Shown: one piece after another, positions 21,132 to 31,558 of the stretch | Numbering within the stretch: position 1 is the first letter of the stretch | Layout of the letters: each line of letters begins with the position of its first letter | Assembly: GCA_963796275.1 (NCBI GenBank) | Contig: CAWCKY010000004.1 | Location: 480,001-544,000 of the forward strand | Length of the DNA: 64,000 nt | Reading direction: 5' to 3' | From: an uncultured Acidobacteriota bacterium | GTDB taxonomy: Bacteria > Acidobacteriota > Blastocatellia > RBC074 | Made by a program: the position numbers and the translations under genes | The notes under the pieces: generated by a model | What the model was told of the DNA's origin: nothing | The model's input: the letters and a program-made list of their open reading frames with translations, nothing else | Databases searched by the model: none

Positions 21132-23423
21132 ATGCCGACATATCGTTATCCGGTACTGATCTGGGAAGATTTCATCGGGCACTTCACCGCCAGACTCGTC
21201 GAGGACCTGGAAGCGCCCGCCGGTTTCGGCGCTACCAAATCTGACGTGCTCTTCCAATTGAAAGATTATCTCAATTGGACGCTTCTCAACCGTCCATGGC
21301 AGGCGGAGCCCGACTTCAATAATGCCGCGCTGGTCAATCTTCGCGTCGAAGTCCGCCCAGAGTATCAAGTCCAGGACCGCGTCTATCCTTGCGATGAATC
21401 TATCATTCTCCGCGTACCTTGCGTGCAGGGAAGCAATTCGAGCGGATTGATGATCTGCTCATTGCCGATGATGGGCGTGAAATTCTTCTATCACGAATTG
21501 AGCAGGTTGAAACACCTGGTAAATCATTACTCGCAGGAGCGATTGAGAGGGCAACCTCCGCACGCGATCTCGCGCTTCCTCCAACCCAGATCGGTGGTGC
21601 TCGACGAAATCGTAATCCACTCCAACCGCTCTCATCCAGGAAATCGATATACCCCCGAATTGGGGACTCTCAGTTCCGTCGCGGAACCGCTGGGCGATAA
21701 GAAACTCCGGCGCTCGTTTTCGCGCGCCTGGGAGCGCGATCAGGAGGTGGCAGACCTCGCCCAACGGATTGGGCGGGAAAAGGCGAATGTCATAATTTCA
21801 GGCGAGGGTGGCGCGGGCAAAACCTCGGTGCTTATAGAAGCTGTGCGATTGGTCGAGGGACAGGTCGAGCAAGAGCCGCATAAAACGGACAATGCCCGTA
21901 ACAAATTCTGGATGACCTCAGGCGCGCGATTAATAGCCGGAATGCAATACCTCGGCGAATGGCAAGACCGATGCGAACGCGTCATAGAGGAATTATCCGA
22001 TATCGATGGCGTGTTGTGCGTGGACAATCTGCTCGAACTCATTCGCGCCGGCACGGGCAGCGTATCCGAGAGCATCGCGATGTTCTTCATCCCGTATTTG
22101 CAGCGCAGCGAACTGAGGATGGTGGCCGAGGCCACGCCGGCGGAACTCGACGCCTGCAGGCGGTTGTTGCCTGGTCTGGCCGACTTATTTCAAATCCTCC
22201 CGCTTCAACCTTTCAGCCGTGAACAGGCGGTCAGGGTGCTAAACCGTGTAACTACAACGCACGCGCGCAATCGTAAGATCGAGATCGGCACCGATCTGGC
22301 CGGGATGACTCATCGGTTGTTCCGCCGGTTTCAGCCATACCGGGCATTCCCGGGCAAGTCGGTCGCTTTCATCAATGAGCTTTTCGAAAGGGTGACGCGG
22401 AATAAACTGAGTGGAATCGCGAACAACGATGTGATCGCCCATTATGTGGAGCAGACAGGATTGCCCGAGATATTCCTCCGCGATGAGATTCCACTGGCGC
22501 ACACGGAGGTGCGGGAGGCCTTCCGCAGTCAGGTTATCGGCCAGGAAGAAGCATGCGAAGCGGCCGCGCGCCTGGTCACAACATTCAAAGCCGGAATGAA
22601 CGATCCGGCCAGGCCGCTCGGCGTGCTGCTATTTTGCGGCCCAACCGGTGTCGGCAAGACCGAGCTGGCTCGCGCAATCGCGCGCTATTTTTTCGGCGCA
22701 GGTAAGCGACCGGATGAGTCGCGACTAGTGCGGCTGGATATGAGCGAATATTCGGGTTGGAATGGAGCGCAACGTTTGCTCGCCGGATCCGATGGTGAAC
22801 CGAGCGACCTGATCAAACGGATGCGTCAACAGCCGTTCTGCGTTGTGTTGTTGGATGAAATAGAGAAGGCCGATGCCGATGTATTCGATGTGCTGCTCAG
22901 CGTTTTCGATGAGGGCCGATTGACCGACCGTTATGGCCGCGTCACTACATTCCGCAGCTCGGTGATTATTATGACCTCCAATCTGGGAACGGATAAGCTG
23001 GGAGCGACGGGGTTTGAGACGCGCGCGGCGCCGTCGTATACGCGCGAAGCGATGGGATTCTTTCGCCCCGAATTCTTCAACCGGATCGATGCCGTCGTAC
23101 AATTCCATCCGCTCTCGCGCGAGATGATGCTCCGTATCACGGCGAAGGAGTTGCGTGAGATTTCCGGGCGTGAAGGTTTCCTGAGAAACGATTTGCGGCT
23201 CGAGTGGGACGATGAGGTGATCGAATACCTCGTTAAAGCCGGCTTCGATCAGCGTTACGGCGCGCGCCCGTTGCAGCGCACGGTCGAGAAGCTCGTCGTC
23301 GCGCCGCTCGCGCGTTACCTGCTCGCGCATCCCGAGCTGAAAGGCGCCAGTCTTCTTCTTTCGCTGGATAGAGAGAATAAGACGCTTACCTGCAATCAGT
23401 CTTCGGTCAGCTTGCGCAAATGA
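21132..23423 (+). CDS. ClpA/B-like double AAA+ ATPase 3 (no C-terminal extension)
   Basis: GEGGAGKT, GPTGVGKT, LDMSEY, LLDEIEKAD, PEFFNRID, YGARPLQR. Confidence 0.9.
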   Translation: MPTYRYPVLIWEDFIGHFTARLVEDLEAPAGFGATKSDVLFQLKDYLNWTLLNRPWQAEPDFNNAALVNLRVEVRPEYQVQDRVYPCDESIILRVPCVQGSNSSGLMICSLPMMGVKFFYHELSRLKHLVNHYSQERLRGQPPHAISRFLQPRSVVLDEIVIHSNRSHPGNRYTPELGTLSSVAEPLGDKKLRRSFSRAWERDQEVADLAQRIGREKANVIISGEGGAGKTSVLIEAVRLVEGQVEQEPHKTDNARNKFWMTSGARLIAGMQYLGEWQDRCERVIEELSDIDGVLCVDNLLELIRAGTGSVSESIAMFFIPYLQRSELRMVAEATPAELDACRRLLPGLADLFQILPLQPFSREQAVRVLNRVTTTHARNRKIEIGTDLAGMTHRLFRRFQPYRAFPGKSVAFINELFERVTRNKLSGIANNDVIAHYVEQTGLPEIFLRDEIPLAHTEVREAFRSQVIGQEEACEAAARLVTTFKAGMNDPARPLGVLLFCGPTGVGKTELARAIARYFFGAGKRPDESRLVRLDMSEYSGWNGAQRLLAGSDGEPSDLIKRMRQQPFCVVLLDEIEKADADVFDVLLSVFDEGRLTDRYGRVTTFRSSVIIMTSNLGTDKLGATGFETRAAPSYTREAMGFFRPEFFNRIDAVVQFHPLSREMMLRITAKELREISGREGFLRNDLRLEWDDEVIEYLVKAGFDQRYGARPLQRTVEKLVVAPLARYLLAHPELKGASLLLSLDRENKTLTCNQSSVSLRK

Positions 23424-23458
23424 CGGCCCACCGCGGCTTGGGTCTACTCCCCTCACTG

Positions 23459-23884
23459 TCAATTAGCTTGCGGGACTTTGGCAGTTGGCAAAGCAAGGAC
23501 GGTATCAATCGCGTGGATGACGCCGTTGTCGCATGCGATATTAACCATTATTACTCTCGCGTTATTCACCTTGATCCCCTTGTTAGAGGTAATAGTCACA
23601 TTCTGCCCATGCACGGTCTTCGCTGAAGAGAGCTTCATCACATCTGCGCCCAGCGCCTTGCCCGCCACCACGTGATAAGCCAGCAGTCTCCTCAGCTTAG
23701 GAATGTCATTGAGCAATCCCTCGACCACGCCCTTGGGCAGTTTGGCAAAGGCCTCGTCGTTCGGCGCAAAGACCGTGAATGGCCCTGGCCCCGAAAGTCT
23801 TTCCGACAAGCCCGCCGCTTTAATCACTGTAATAAAGGTTTTGAATGAACCGTTAGCGATTGCTGTTTCTATAATCTTTTTCAT
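23459..23884 (-). CDS. Fasciclin (FAS1) domain protein
   Basis: GPFTVFAPNDEAF, LAYHVV, DNGVIHAIDTVL. Confidence 0.95.
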   Translation of the reverse strand: MKKIIETAIANGSFKTFITVIKAAGLSERLSGPGPFTVFAPNDEAFAKLPKGVVEGLLNDIPKLRRLLAYHVVAGKALGADVMKLSSAKTVHGQNVTITSNKGIKVNNARVIMVNIACDNGVIHAIDTVLALPTAKVPQAN

Positions 23885-24034
23885 TTGAAACTCCTTTTCT
23901 TGACTCTCTGGTTGATTCGCGATTGGGGATACGTCTCTCCTGCCCCCGTGCGTTAACCGGCGACTGTGGGGGCCGATGCCTTACATCGACTCCTGGTTAC
24001 GTTTGCAAGGATAGACTGATTGGGAATGGGTTTC

Positions 24035-24050
24035 TGTACAATATGGGACG
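24035..24050 (-). promoter_or_regulatory. Crp-type box (variant) upstream of the fasciclin gene
   Basis: TGTACAATATGGGACG; 21 nt from minus-strand -10 TATCCT (24008-24013). Confidence 0.6.
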
Positions 24051-24413
24051 ATTTTTGTGAACAATTATGGCGAGGCTCGCAGACCATAATAATTCGACAC
24101 CGCGGGCAGTCTTTGTGATACACTAGTTCTCGTTGAATATAGCCTCTTTGGTTTATTGAATTAGTTACAATGCCTTCTTTTCAGACCGCAACGAGCTTTT
24201 CCATCAATCTCAAAGTTTGGTGCCCTTCAACTGGAGCTTTCTCTCCTGGCGTCAACGGTGATGCGTTGTCAATCGTGGCTTGCGCATTCGGGCTTAGAGA
24301 GCAGGCTAATAGAAACATTACGAAGCCACTCATTGATTTGAGTGTCGATTGTGTCAGATGGGAGCCGTTCTCTATATCCATTCGCTTGCTTCAATCACAT
24401 TAAGAGGAAATAA

Positions 24414-24737
24414 ATGTCCGTTAAATTATATGTCGGAAACCTGACCTTCAACACGACGGAGCAGGATCTACATGAACAATTCAGCCGGTTTGGTCAGGTC
24501 AGCTCTACGAGCATCATCACTGACCGAGATACGGGCCGCTCGCGCGGATTCGCATTTGTCGAGTTGGATTCCAAGGAATCGGCTCAGGCTGCAATTGAGG
24601 CCCTGAATGGGAAAGAGATGGATGGCCGCACACTCACCGTCAATGAAGCCAAGCCCAGGGGAGACAATAGCAACCGCGGCGGTTTTGGAGGAGGACGCAA
24701 TAGTAATGGCGGTGACAGTAGCCGCCACCGCTACTAA
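24414..24737 (+). CDS. RRM RNA-binding protein with Gly-rich tail
   Basis: KLYVGNL (RNP2), RSRGFAFVE (RNP1), TVNEAKPR. Confidence 0.95.
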   Translation: MSVKLYVGNLTFNTTEQDLHEQFSRFGQVSSTSIITDRDTGRSRGFAFVELDSKESAQAAIEALNGKEMDGRTLTVNEAKPRGDNSNRGGFGGGRNSNGGDSSRHRY

Positions 24738-24871
24738 GGCTAACCCTCTGTAATCGCTACACTGCGGAGGCCGGAAGAGCAGATCGTTTCAACGAAGAAC
24801 CAGGTTCATCCCGGGGGAAACTCTTTCGGCTTGCGCTGTTCTAGCGATCTACTTTTCAAGAGAGAGGAGAC

Positions 24872-25453
24872 ATGGCTTATCGTCTATTTGTCGGGAATCT
24901 TCCATATAATGTCACGGAAGCGGAGTTGAGAGAGTACTTCTCCACCGTTGGGCCACTTTCTTATATCTCTATTCCGACTGACCGAGAGACGGGTAGGCCA
25001 CGCGGCTTCGCCTTTCTTGAATTCAAGGAACGCGCTCAGGCCGATGAAGCCATACGCTGTTTCAATAACCACTCCTTTAAAGGCAGAAATCTCGCGGTCA
25101 ATGAGGCCCGCGCCAGAGATGATCGTCCGCAGGCTAGCGCAACACCTCGACGCTCATTATCCCCGCCCAACCTGGCAGCAGCGGCTGGTACCGCCAATCA
25201 GCCCGATAGTGAGACGAACCGCAATTTCGGCCCTGACGCCTCACCGTATCGCAGCCGCAGCAAACCGAAGGGCGGACTCAAGTCAGAACGTGTTTCGAAG
25301 GGACCGATGCGTGAGGTGGTTAGAGGGCAGGTCTTTTTCGATGATGACGAAGATGATTATGAGGATGATTATGAGGATGATTATGACGATGCCGAAACAA
25401 GCGAAGAGAGCTCTGCCGGTCACGAGAGGGACGCGAATGATGATAATACTTAG
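24872..25453 (+). CDS. RRM RNA-binding protein with acidic C-terminal tail
   Basis: RLFVGNL, RPRGFAFLE; DDYE repeats. Confidence 0.92.
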   Translation: MAYRLFVGNLPYNVTEAELREYFSTVGPLSYISIPTDRETGRPRGFAFLEFKERAQADEAIRCFNNHSFKGRNLAVNEARARDDRPQASATPRRSLSPPNLAAAAGTANQPDSETNRNFGPDASPYRSRSKPKGGLKSERVSKGPMREVVRGQVFFDDDEDDYEDDYEDDYDDAETSEESSAGHERDANDDNT

Positions 25454-25555
25454 AATCAGTTTTTTCTGGTCTTGGTTTCATATGAATTCAACCAGAATCC
25501 CTAGCCCCCAACTACAATTAGAAACTAGAAGCAAGGACTAAGGAGCAAGGAATAG

Positions 25556-25792
25556 ATGGCGAGAAAATCCAGGCAGACATTTCAGAAACGGGAAAAAGAA
25601 AAAGCGCGTGTGATGAAGCAAAAGGATAAGGAGACACGACGACTCGAATCAAAAGTGCGTAAGGCGAGTATATCGACTGAAATCGGAGATGAGGATCCTG
25701 ACATCGCCGGCATTCGTCCCGGCCCACAGCCCCTACCTGAGCAGTGGGATCATCATAGCAACAGAAGTTTAGATTCTAATGAGGAAAAATAG
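25556..25792 (+). CDS. Small basic hypothetical protein
   Basis: RBS AAGGA; QTFQKREKEKAR...EDPDIAGIRPGPQP; third gene of the RRM cluster. Confidence 0.75.
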   Translation: MARKSRQTFQKREKEKARVMKQKDKETRRLESKVRKASISTEIGDEDPDIAGIRPGPQPLPEQWDHHSNRSLDSNEEK

Positions 25793-25927
25793 ATATCACG
25801 CCGCCGTTGGCAACCAGCATTACCGAACGGTCAGGCATTCCACTTGCCCTAATCCCCCAAGACGCGAAAGCATGCCGCCACACCGCAATTAGGCGAGTGC
25901 CTCAAGTGAATGTTGAGCAAAGGTAGT

Positions 25928-26326
25928 CTAGCCCGACCCTGCTTCCGACCCCTGTCTTAGAGAGTGCTCACGAGCTTTCGCAACAATCTGCCAGACGGTC
26001 ATCATATCAGCTGTTTCAACATCCACCATACGCTCGTTGGGATTGTTTATTTCGATACGTTTTTTCAGTTCGCACTTTGCCTCTCCGGGACCCATTATCA
26101 AAATAGCTCCCGAATTCCAAAGAGACGAAATCACCTCGTCGTAGTAACGGTCAAGGCATTCCGTCAACTCTCTCTGTTGTAATTCGTCTGCCGGAAATGA
26201 TACGCCGAATTGTCTGTGTTGTTTTTCAATATTCGAATTGATCAACTTTATTTCTTCATCTCTGCCCGTCACAAAAACGATTACAGCCTTCGTATGATCT
26301 ATCCACAAACCCACTGTCGTCTTCAT
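25928..26326 (-). CDS. Host-attachment / baeRF (eRF1-domain-like) family protein
   Basis: VGLWIDHTKAVIV ... YYDEVI ... ILIMGPGEAKCEL ... VETAD.MT..QIVAK; start set at MKTT. Confidence 0.75.
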   Translation of the reverse strand: MKTTVGLWIDHTKAVIVFVTGRDEEIKLINSNIEKQHRQFGVSFPADELQQRELTECLDRYYDEVISSLWNSGAILIMGPGEAKCELKKRIEINNPNERMVDVETADMMTVWQIVAKAREHSLRQGSEAGSG

Positions 26327-26534
26327 AAAATTCTCTCCGATAAAACGGGTCCCCTCTGCGATTGAAATTGAACTTGCGAAGTCGGGGATGCTGATTTTTT
26401 GATATCCTTGTGAGACTTGAAACAAGACGATTTGCAATGCGTCTTCACACATCAGCCCTTATTTCATCTTCGCTAATTGCATTCAGGTCGGCTCACAGTG
26501 ATTGTTTTAGCGTTCGTCTCCGTCCTTTTCAGCA

Positions 26535-26804
26535 TTACTTTGGGGGCTGATAAAGAGACCTTTCGCCTGCATCGGACTTGCGTCTAAACATCAGGAAGCC
26601 GACGCCGATACAGATTGAGATCAGCAGGAGGATAGCCAGGAAGGGCCACGCTATGCTGGCCTGCCCTAGAATATTCGGGTTGTATCCGCCAATCACAAGC
26701 AACACGAGGGGCCCGACCACTACCAGGATGAACATAATGAAAAAGCGGGGAAATGAGCCAATAGAAGTTACCCTAAGTCTTCGGATGCTTTTTTGAATAG
26801 ACAT
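26535..26804 (-). CDS. Small two-TM membrane protein
   Basis: Two hydrophobic helices; AAGGAGG RBS. Confidence 0.65.
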   Translation of the reverse strand: MSIQKSIRRLRVTSIGSFPRFFIMFILVVVGPLVLLVIGGYNPNILGQASIAWPFLAILLLISICIGVGFLMFRRKSDAGERSLYQPPK

Positions 26805-26822
26805 TGATTCCTCCTTAATTCA

Positions 26823-27221
26823 CTAGTCTCCCAAAAGAAACAGACTTTTTTGAATATGCCGTGAGTGCGCGGAAATTCTAACGTAAGGCAGTCCCAGGAA
26901 TCGTCTCGCGGTCACCTCCGTAATTTCCAGGCAATTAAAATTCTTCGCCTTCAGTTTTGCGATCGCCTGCTTGATTGCTCTGCGTGTGGTCTTTTTTGCG
27001 TTAGAGCCGAAGGCGTTCGTTTCGATAGCCCCGGCAATATAAAAAAAGTTCCAGCCAGCCTGGCCGATTATTTGATGGAATCCATTACTATCGAGTTCTT
27101 TTACCAAATTCCATCCATGAGCATAAGGCTCGCTTTCGAATAACCTTTCGAATAACAAGGACTCCGGTAAAATGGCGCCCTCTGCGATCAGAATTGTCCC
27201 CGTTTTGATTGTGTCTGTCAT
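26823..27221 (-). CDS. Conserved hypothetical protein
   Basis: AGWNFFYIAG, FNCLEIT, FLGLPYV, RHIQ; a degraded paralog lies at ~35948-36355. Confidence 0.75.
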   Translation of the reverse strand: MTDTIKTGTILIAEGAILPESLLFERLFESEPYAHGWNLVKELDSNGFHQIIGQAGWNFFYIAGAIETNAFGSNAKKTTRRAIKQAIAKLKAKNFNCLEITEVTARRFLGLPYVRISAHSRHIQKSLFLLGD

Positions 27222-27320
27222 CGGTCTTTCCTTCTTAAGAGCAGCCCGCGAATTCTTTTCCGGCGTCCGGCAAATTCTCAAGCCCTCCCAATAATGATCA
27301 GCCAGCATGGAATAAATTGC

Positions 27321-27336
27321 TGTCCAATATTGGACG
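27321..27336 (-). promoter_or_regulatory. Crp-type palindromic box
   Basis: TGTCCAATATTGGACG; 21 nt from minus-strand GATCAT. Confidence 0.75.
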
Positions 27337-27623
27337 ATCTAAAAGAAAGTCGGTACACCGATCCGGTTATTCGTGGGTTTGCAGGTCTTTATGAACGACA
27401 GAGGCCAAGGCTCGTGTTGTGTGACAGACGCAGCGGGGCGTATTGTTTATAGCTTCGATTGGAAATGTCATGAGCTCCGTTAGGAGCGATATAGTGATGC
27501 GTCGGATGTTGTCTCGCTGAGGCTGGAAAATGAGTGGGAAGGTCCATAGAACATCCGGCTCCGGAGCCAGATTCGGAACTCTCTGAATTGCACACAGTTT
27601 CACTTACTTACGATTCCATGAAA

Positions 27624-29099
27624 TCAATCTTCTGTCAGCTTGCGAAAGTGATAGCCAACGGCGGCCAGCCTGACCACCTCTGAGAACTCCTCGCGATGGC
27701 GGGTAAGTGCGCGGCGTAGGTAGCGCCAGAATTCGCCGCGCGCCGAATCGCGCACCCCGAGCGCCAGCGTGATGCGAGAGAGAGTTACGATGTCTCTGGC
27801 AATTCCATTGCGACGAGGCACAGGGTTACTCGCCCCGACCCGTTCCAGGCAATTGAGCGCGCGCCGATAATATTCGCCCGGGCTATAGATAGTGCGCATA
27901 ATCGATTTATAGCCTTCGATGAGACGCTCGGCATCCATCCTGGGGATGAAGTTCAGTGTACCATCAGTATTGTTCCCAGTGCTCTCGACCAGCAGTCGAC
28001 CTTCGCGCTCGAGCCGTCGCCAGAGTTGCGTGTCAGGCAGCGCAGTCAACAACCCTACCATCGCCAGCGGAATGGCGCTCTCACGAATAAAATCGATCTG
28101 TCGCTCGAAGATGTCCTCAGGATCGTTGTCGAACCCGACGATGAAGCCGGCCATCACTTCCATACCGTAGCTTTGAATCCTTCTGACCGAATCGAGAAGG
28201 TCGCGGCGCATGTTCTGTCCTTTTTGAGCTTCCTTGAGACTTGCCTCAACTGGGGTCTCAATCCCGAGAAAGACGCGACGGAAGCGAGCGCGCCGCATTC
28301 CCTCAAGCAATTCATCGTCCTCAGCGAGGTTCACGCTGGCTTCTGTGAGAAAGGAGAATGGGTGTCCGTGGCGTTCGGACCAATCAGCCAGAACAGGAAG
28401 CAATCGCTTGACGTTGCGTTTGTTGCCGATAAAGTTATCGTCCACGATGAAGACCATTCCGCGCCAACCGATCCGCCAGAGCACATCCAACTCAGCCAGC
28501 AGCTGTTCATTACTCTTCGTGCGGGGGACGCGGCCATAGATCTCGATGATGTCGCAGAACTCGCACTGGAATGGACATCCACGCGAATACTGGACCGACA
28601 TCGCGCTATAGTGTTTGAGGTCGGCGAGCTGGAAGTCGGGGACGGGCGTCATCGAGAGCGCCGGCCGCTCAGCAGCCTGGTAGATGCGTCTGGGCTCGCC
28701 GCGCTCGAGGTCGCGCACGAACTCCGGCAAGGTCGTTTCGGCCTCGCCGAGGAAGATATGGTCGGCCTCGGGTAAGGATTCCGAGCTGGTCGATATATAC
28801 GGCCCTCCGATAACCACCCGCTTCCCGTGCGCTTTGCATAACTCGACGACTCGCCGCAGCGAATCTTTCTGCACGAGCATGGCGCTGGCAAAGATCATAT
28901 CCGCCCATTCGACGTCGGCCGGCTTGAGTGGTTGGACGTTCAAATCTACCAGTCGCCGCTCCCATGTGGCGGGGAGCATGGCGGAGATCGTCAAGAGCCC
29001 GAGCGGCGGGAAAGCCGAGCGTTTACCCTCGAAGGAGAGCGCATGGCGAAAGCTCCAGTAAGTCTCAGGAAACTCCGGATATACGAGCAGCGTCTTCAT
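27624..29099 (-). CDS. B12-binding radical SAM protein (DUF4070 type)
   Basis: [18 protein letters not shown] (CxxxCxxC), [19 protein letters not shown]. Confidence 0.93.
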   Translation of the reverse strand: MKTLLVYPEFPETYWSFRHALSFEGKRSAFPPLGLLTISAMLPATWERRLVDLNVQPLKPADVEWADMIFASAMLVQKDSLRRVVELCKAHGKRVVIGGPYISTSSESLPEADHIFLGEAETTLPEFVRDLERGEPRRIYQAAERPALSMTPVPDFQLADLKHYSAMSVQYSRGCPFQCEFCDIIEIYGRVPRTKSNEQLLAELDVLWRIGWRGMVFIVDDNFIGNKRNVKRLLPVLADWSERHGHPFSFLTEASVNLAEDDELLEGMRRARFRRVFLGIETPVEASLKEAQKGQNMRRDLLDSVRRIQSYGMEVMAGFIVGFDNDPEDIFERQIDFIRESAIPLAMVGLLTALPDTQLWRRLEREGRLLVESTGNNTDGTLNFIPRMDAERLIEGYKSIMRTIYSPGEYYRRALNCLERVGASNPVPRRNGIARDIVTLSRITLALGVRDSARGEFWRYLRRALTRHREEFSEVVRLAAVGYHFRKLTED

Positions 29100-29122
29100 A
29101 AAAGATATACTTGTTCATCAAC

Positions 29123-29653
29123 TCAAACGACGGTGTGCGACTCATGGGGTCTGCTGTCGCCCTCGGTTTTTCGCGCTTTTAGAGCCTGGTCCATCTGTTG
29201 CTCCGCCGCGCTCACCGTCTCTCCCATCACTTCAGATATCTCGCAAACCAGGAGCTTTCTCGCTCTTTCCAGAGACCAGTTCTCACGAATCGATAGCTCC
29301 TTCGTCTCTCTCAGCTCGGTTAATGACCCAACAATCTCAGCTAAGTCAAATGCCGATCCGGAGGTGAACAGTTTTGAGTTGTCGTCGGCGCGTTGCTTCC
29401 AGCCCTTCACTATTTTGGATGTCTTCGCCAGCTGATCCAGCAGCTTTGGAATATCGGACCTTACCAGCAGCGGCCGGATACCGACGGCCTGAGCTTTTTC
29501 TACCGGGATGAACAACTCGCCTCCGCCCTCAGTCAAGATAACCAAATGGTAAAAACTTTTTGGTTTGCCATCGACGACTCTCACGAAAACCTCGTCAATA
29601 ATACAGGGGCCCTGACATGGATAAACAACTTTATTCCCAACGCTAAATATCAC
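29123..29653 (-). CDS. carD: CarD family transcriptional regulator
   Basis: FSVGNKVVYPCQG...IPV....VGIRPL...WKQR...ERARKLLVCEISEV. Confidence 0.88.
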   Translation of the reverse strand: MIFSVGNKVVYPCQGPCIIDEVFVRVVDGKPKSFYHLVILTEGGGELFIPVEKAQAVGIRPLLVRSDIPKLLDQLAKTSKIVKGWKQRADDNSKLFTSGSAFDLAEIVGSLTELRETKELSIRENWSLERARKLLVCEISEVMGETVSAAEQQMDQALKARKTEGDSRPHESHTVV

Positions 29654-29704
29654 TCGAATCTCCTCTCCTACAGCCTTTCGCGGCTACGCTGCATTGGACT
29701 GCGC

Positions 29705-31522
29705 CTAAGCATCAAGCGGCAAGCCGGCCACGACGCGACCGATCTGGATTGCGTTGAGGGACTCTCGCTCAAGCAACGCTTGAGCGAGGCGCTCTACTGC
29801 CTCGTATTCTTCGGTAATGATACGGTGTGCCCGCCCGTACTGCTCCATTATGATATGGCGGACCTCCTGGTCGATCATGATCGCGGTGTCCTTGCTATAC
29901 CCTCTGTGCTGCGCGAACCTGCGGCCCAGGAAGATCATCTCGTCTTTCTTGCCAAAAGCGAGTGGCCCCAGGCTTGACATACCGAACTCGCAGACCATCT
30001 TCTGCGCCAATTCCGTCGCGCGCTCGACGTCACCCGCAGCGCCAGTCGATATCCGGCCAAGGAAGACATCCTCGGCGATTCGGCCGCCCATGAGAATCGC
30101 AATAGAACCCTGGATATATGCAAGCGATTGCGTGTAGCGATCACCTTCAGGCAATTGCTGAGTAACCCCAAGTGCCGCTCCGCGTGGAATGATAGTCACC
30201 TTATGAATTGGATCGGCGTCTGGGATTTTGAGGCCGACGATTGTGTGCCCCGATTCGTGGTAGGCCGTTGCCCTCTTCTCTTCTTCGGAGATCACTGCTG
30301 ATCGGCGCTCCGGGCCCATCAGCACTTTGTCCCTGGCCCACTCTAAATCGGCCATGGTGACCGTCTGCTGATCGCAACGCGCAGCATTGAGCGCCGCCTC
30401 GTTGACCAGGTTGGCGAGGTCTGCGCCGGTGAGGCCAGAAGTGCCGCGGGCGATTAACGAGACATCGACGTCTTCGCCCAAAGGAATCTTACGCAGGCAG
30501 ACGCCAAGAATGCTTTCACGCCCCTTTACGTCGGGGCGCTGAACAATGATCTGTCGGTCGAAGCGTCCCGGACGCAGTAAGGCCGGATCGAGGACGTCCG
30601 GACGGTTGGTCGAAGCTATGAGGATTACCTCGTCGTTCGACGCAAAACCATCCATCTCGACCAGCAGCTGGTTTAAGGTCTGCTCACGCTCATCATTGCC
30701 ACCGCCGATCCCCGCGCCCCGATGACGCCCAACGGCATCGATCTCATCAATAAAGATAATGCAGGGAGCGTGCCTCTTGCCCTGTTCAAAAAGATCGCGT
30801 ACGCGTGAGGCTCCGATACCGACGAACATCTCGACAAAGTCTGAACCCGAAATCGAGAAGAAGGGCACATTGGCTTCCCCTGCGATGGCGCGTGCCAGCA
30901 GCGTCTTGCCGCTACCCGGTGGACCCACTATCAGCACTCCTTTCGGGATGTGCCCGCCGAGCCCCTGGAACTTCTGCGGCTCATTCAGGAACTCAATAAT
31001 CTCCCGCAGATCCGCCTTTGCCTCATCAATACCTGCGACATCCTTAAAGGTGACGGACTTCTGTCGATTCAAGTACCTCTTGGCGCGGTTCTTACCGAAG
31101 GAGAGCACCTTGCTCCCCCCCGACTGCATCCTGCGAAGCATGAAAATACAGAAACCAATGATTAAGAGAAATGGCGCGAAGGCTATGAGCATTCTTACCC
31201 AAGTACTTCCGGCGGAAGTTGAATTCATGGAGACCTTGACGCCCTGCTCGTTCATCCGGTCGGCGAGATCACGAGCCATCAACCCGCCATAGAATTTGCT
31301 GCTGTATCGGGTTTTGTCGGTTAACTCGCCCGAGACATTCTCCGCCTCGACGACCGCGGTCGCTACTTCTTTGTTGTTTACTCGGTTCACGAGATCAGAG
31401 TAAGACAACTCCGTAACCTTCTCGCTTCTCATGCTATGGAAGATCGAGTAAAGCAGTAAGAAACCCACAACAATCAATAGTCCAATAATAATAACTCGCC
31501 GGTTTTTTGAATTCGGGATCAC
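29705..31522 (-). CDS. ftsH: ATP-dependent zinc metalloprotease FtsH
   Basis: Two TMs, [34 protein letters not shown]. Confidence 0.96.
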   Translation of the reverse strand: MIPNSKNRRVIIIGLLIVVGFLLLYSIFHSMRSEKVTELSYSDLVNRVNNKEVATAVVEAENVSGELTDKTRYSSKFYGGLMARDLADRMNEQGVKVSMNSTSAGSTWVRMLIAFAPFLLIIGFCIFMLRRMQSGGSKVLSFGKNRAKRYLNRQKSVTFKDVAGIDEAKADLREIIEFLNEPQKFQGLGGHIPKGVLIVGPPGSGKTLLARAIAGEANVPFFSISGSDFVEMFVGIGASRVRDLFEQGKRHAPCIIFIDEIDAVGRHRGAGIGGGNDEREQTLNQLLVEMDGFASNDEVILIASTNRPDVLDPALLRPGRFDRQIIVQRPDVKGRESILGVCLRKIPLGEDVDVSLIARGTSGLTGADLANLVNEAALNAARCDQQTVTMADLEWARDKVLMGPERRSAVISEEEKRATAYHESGHTIVGLKIPDADPIHKVTIIPRGAALGVTQQLPEGDRYTQSLAYIQGSIAILMGGRIAEDVFLGRISTGAAGDVERATELAQKMVCEFGMSSLGPLAFGKKDEMIFLGRRFAQHRGYSKDTAIMIDQEVRHIIMEQYGRAHRIITEEYEAVERLAQALLERESLNAIQIGRVVAGLPLDA

Positions 31523-31558
31523 TTAACCCCCATCGAATACTCGATACTGGTGCGCGCG

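Noticed and set aside
14334-23423. Ordinary clpA/clpB/clpC or T6SS clpV genes
   Set aside because: No Clp-N repeats, no M-domain, degenerate NBD1 Walker B, no GYVG loop and no T6SS genes nearby, so no gene symbol was assigned.
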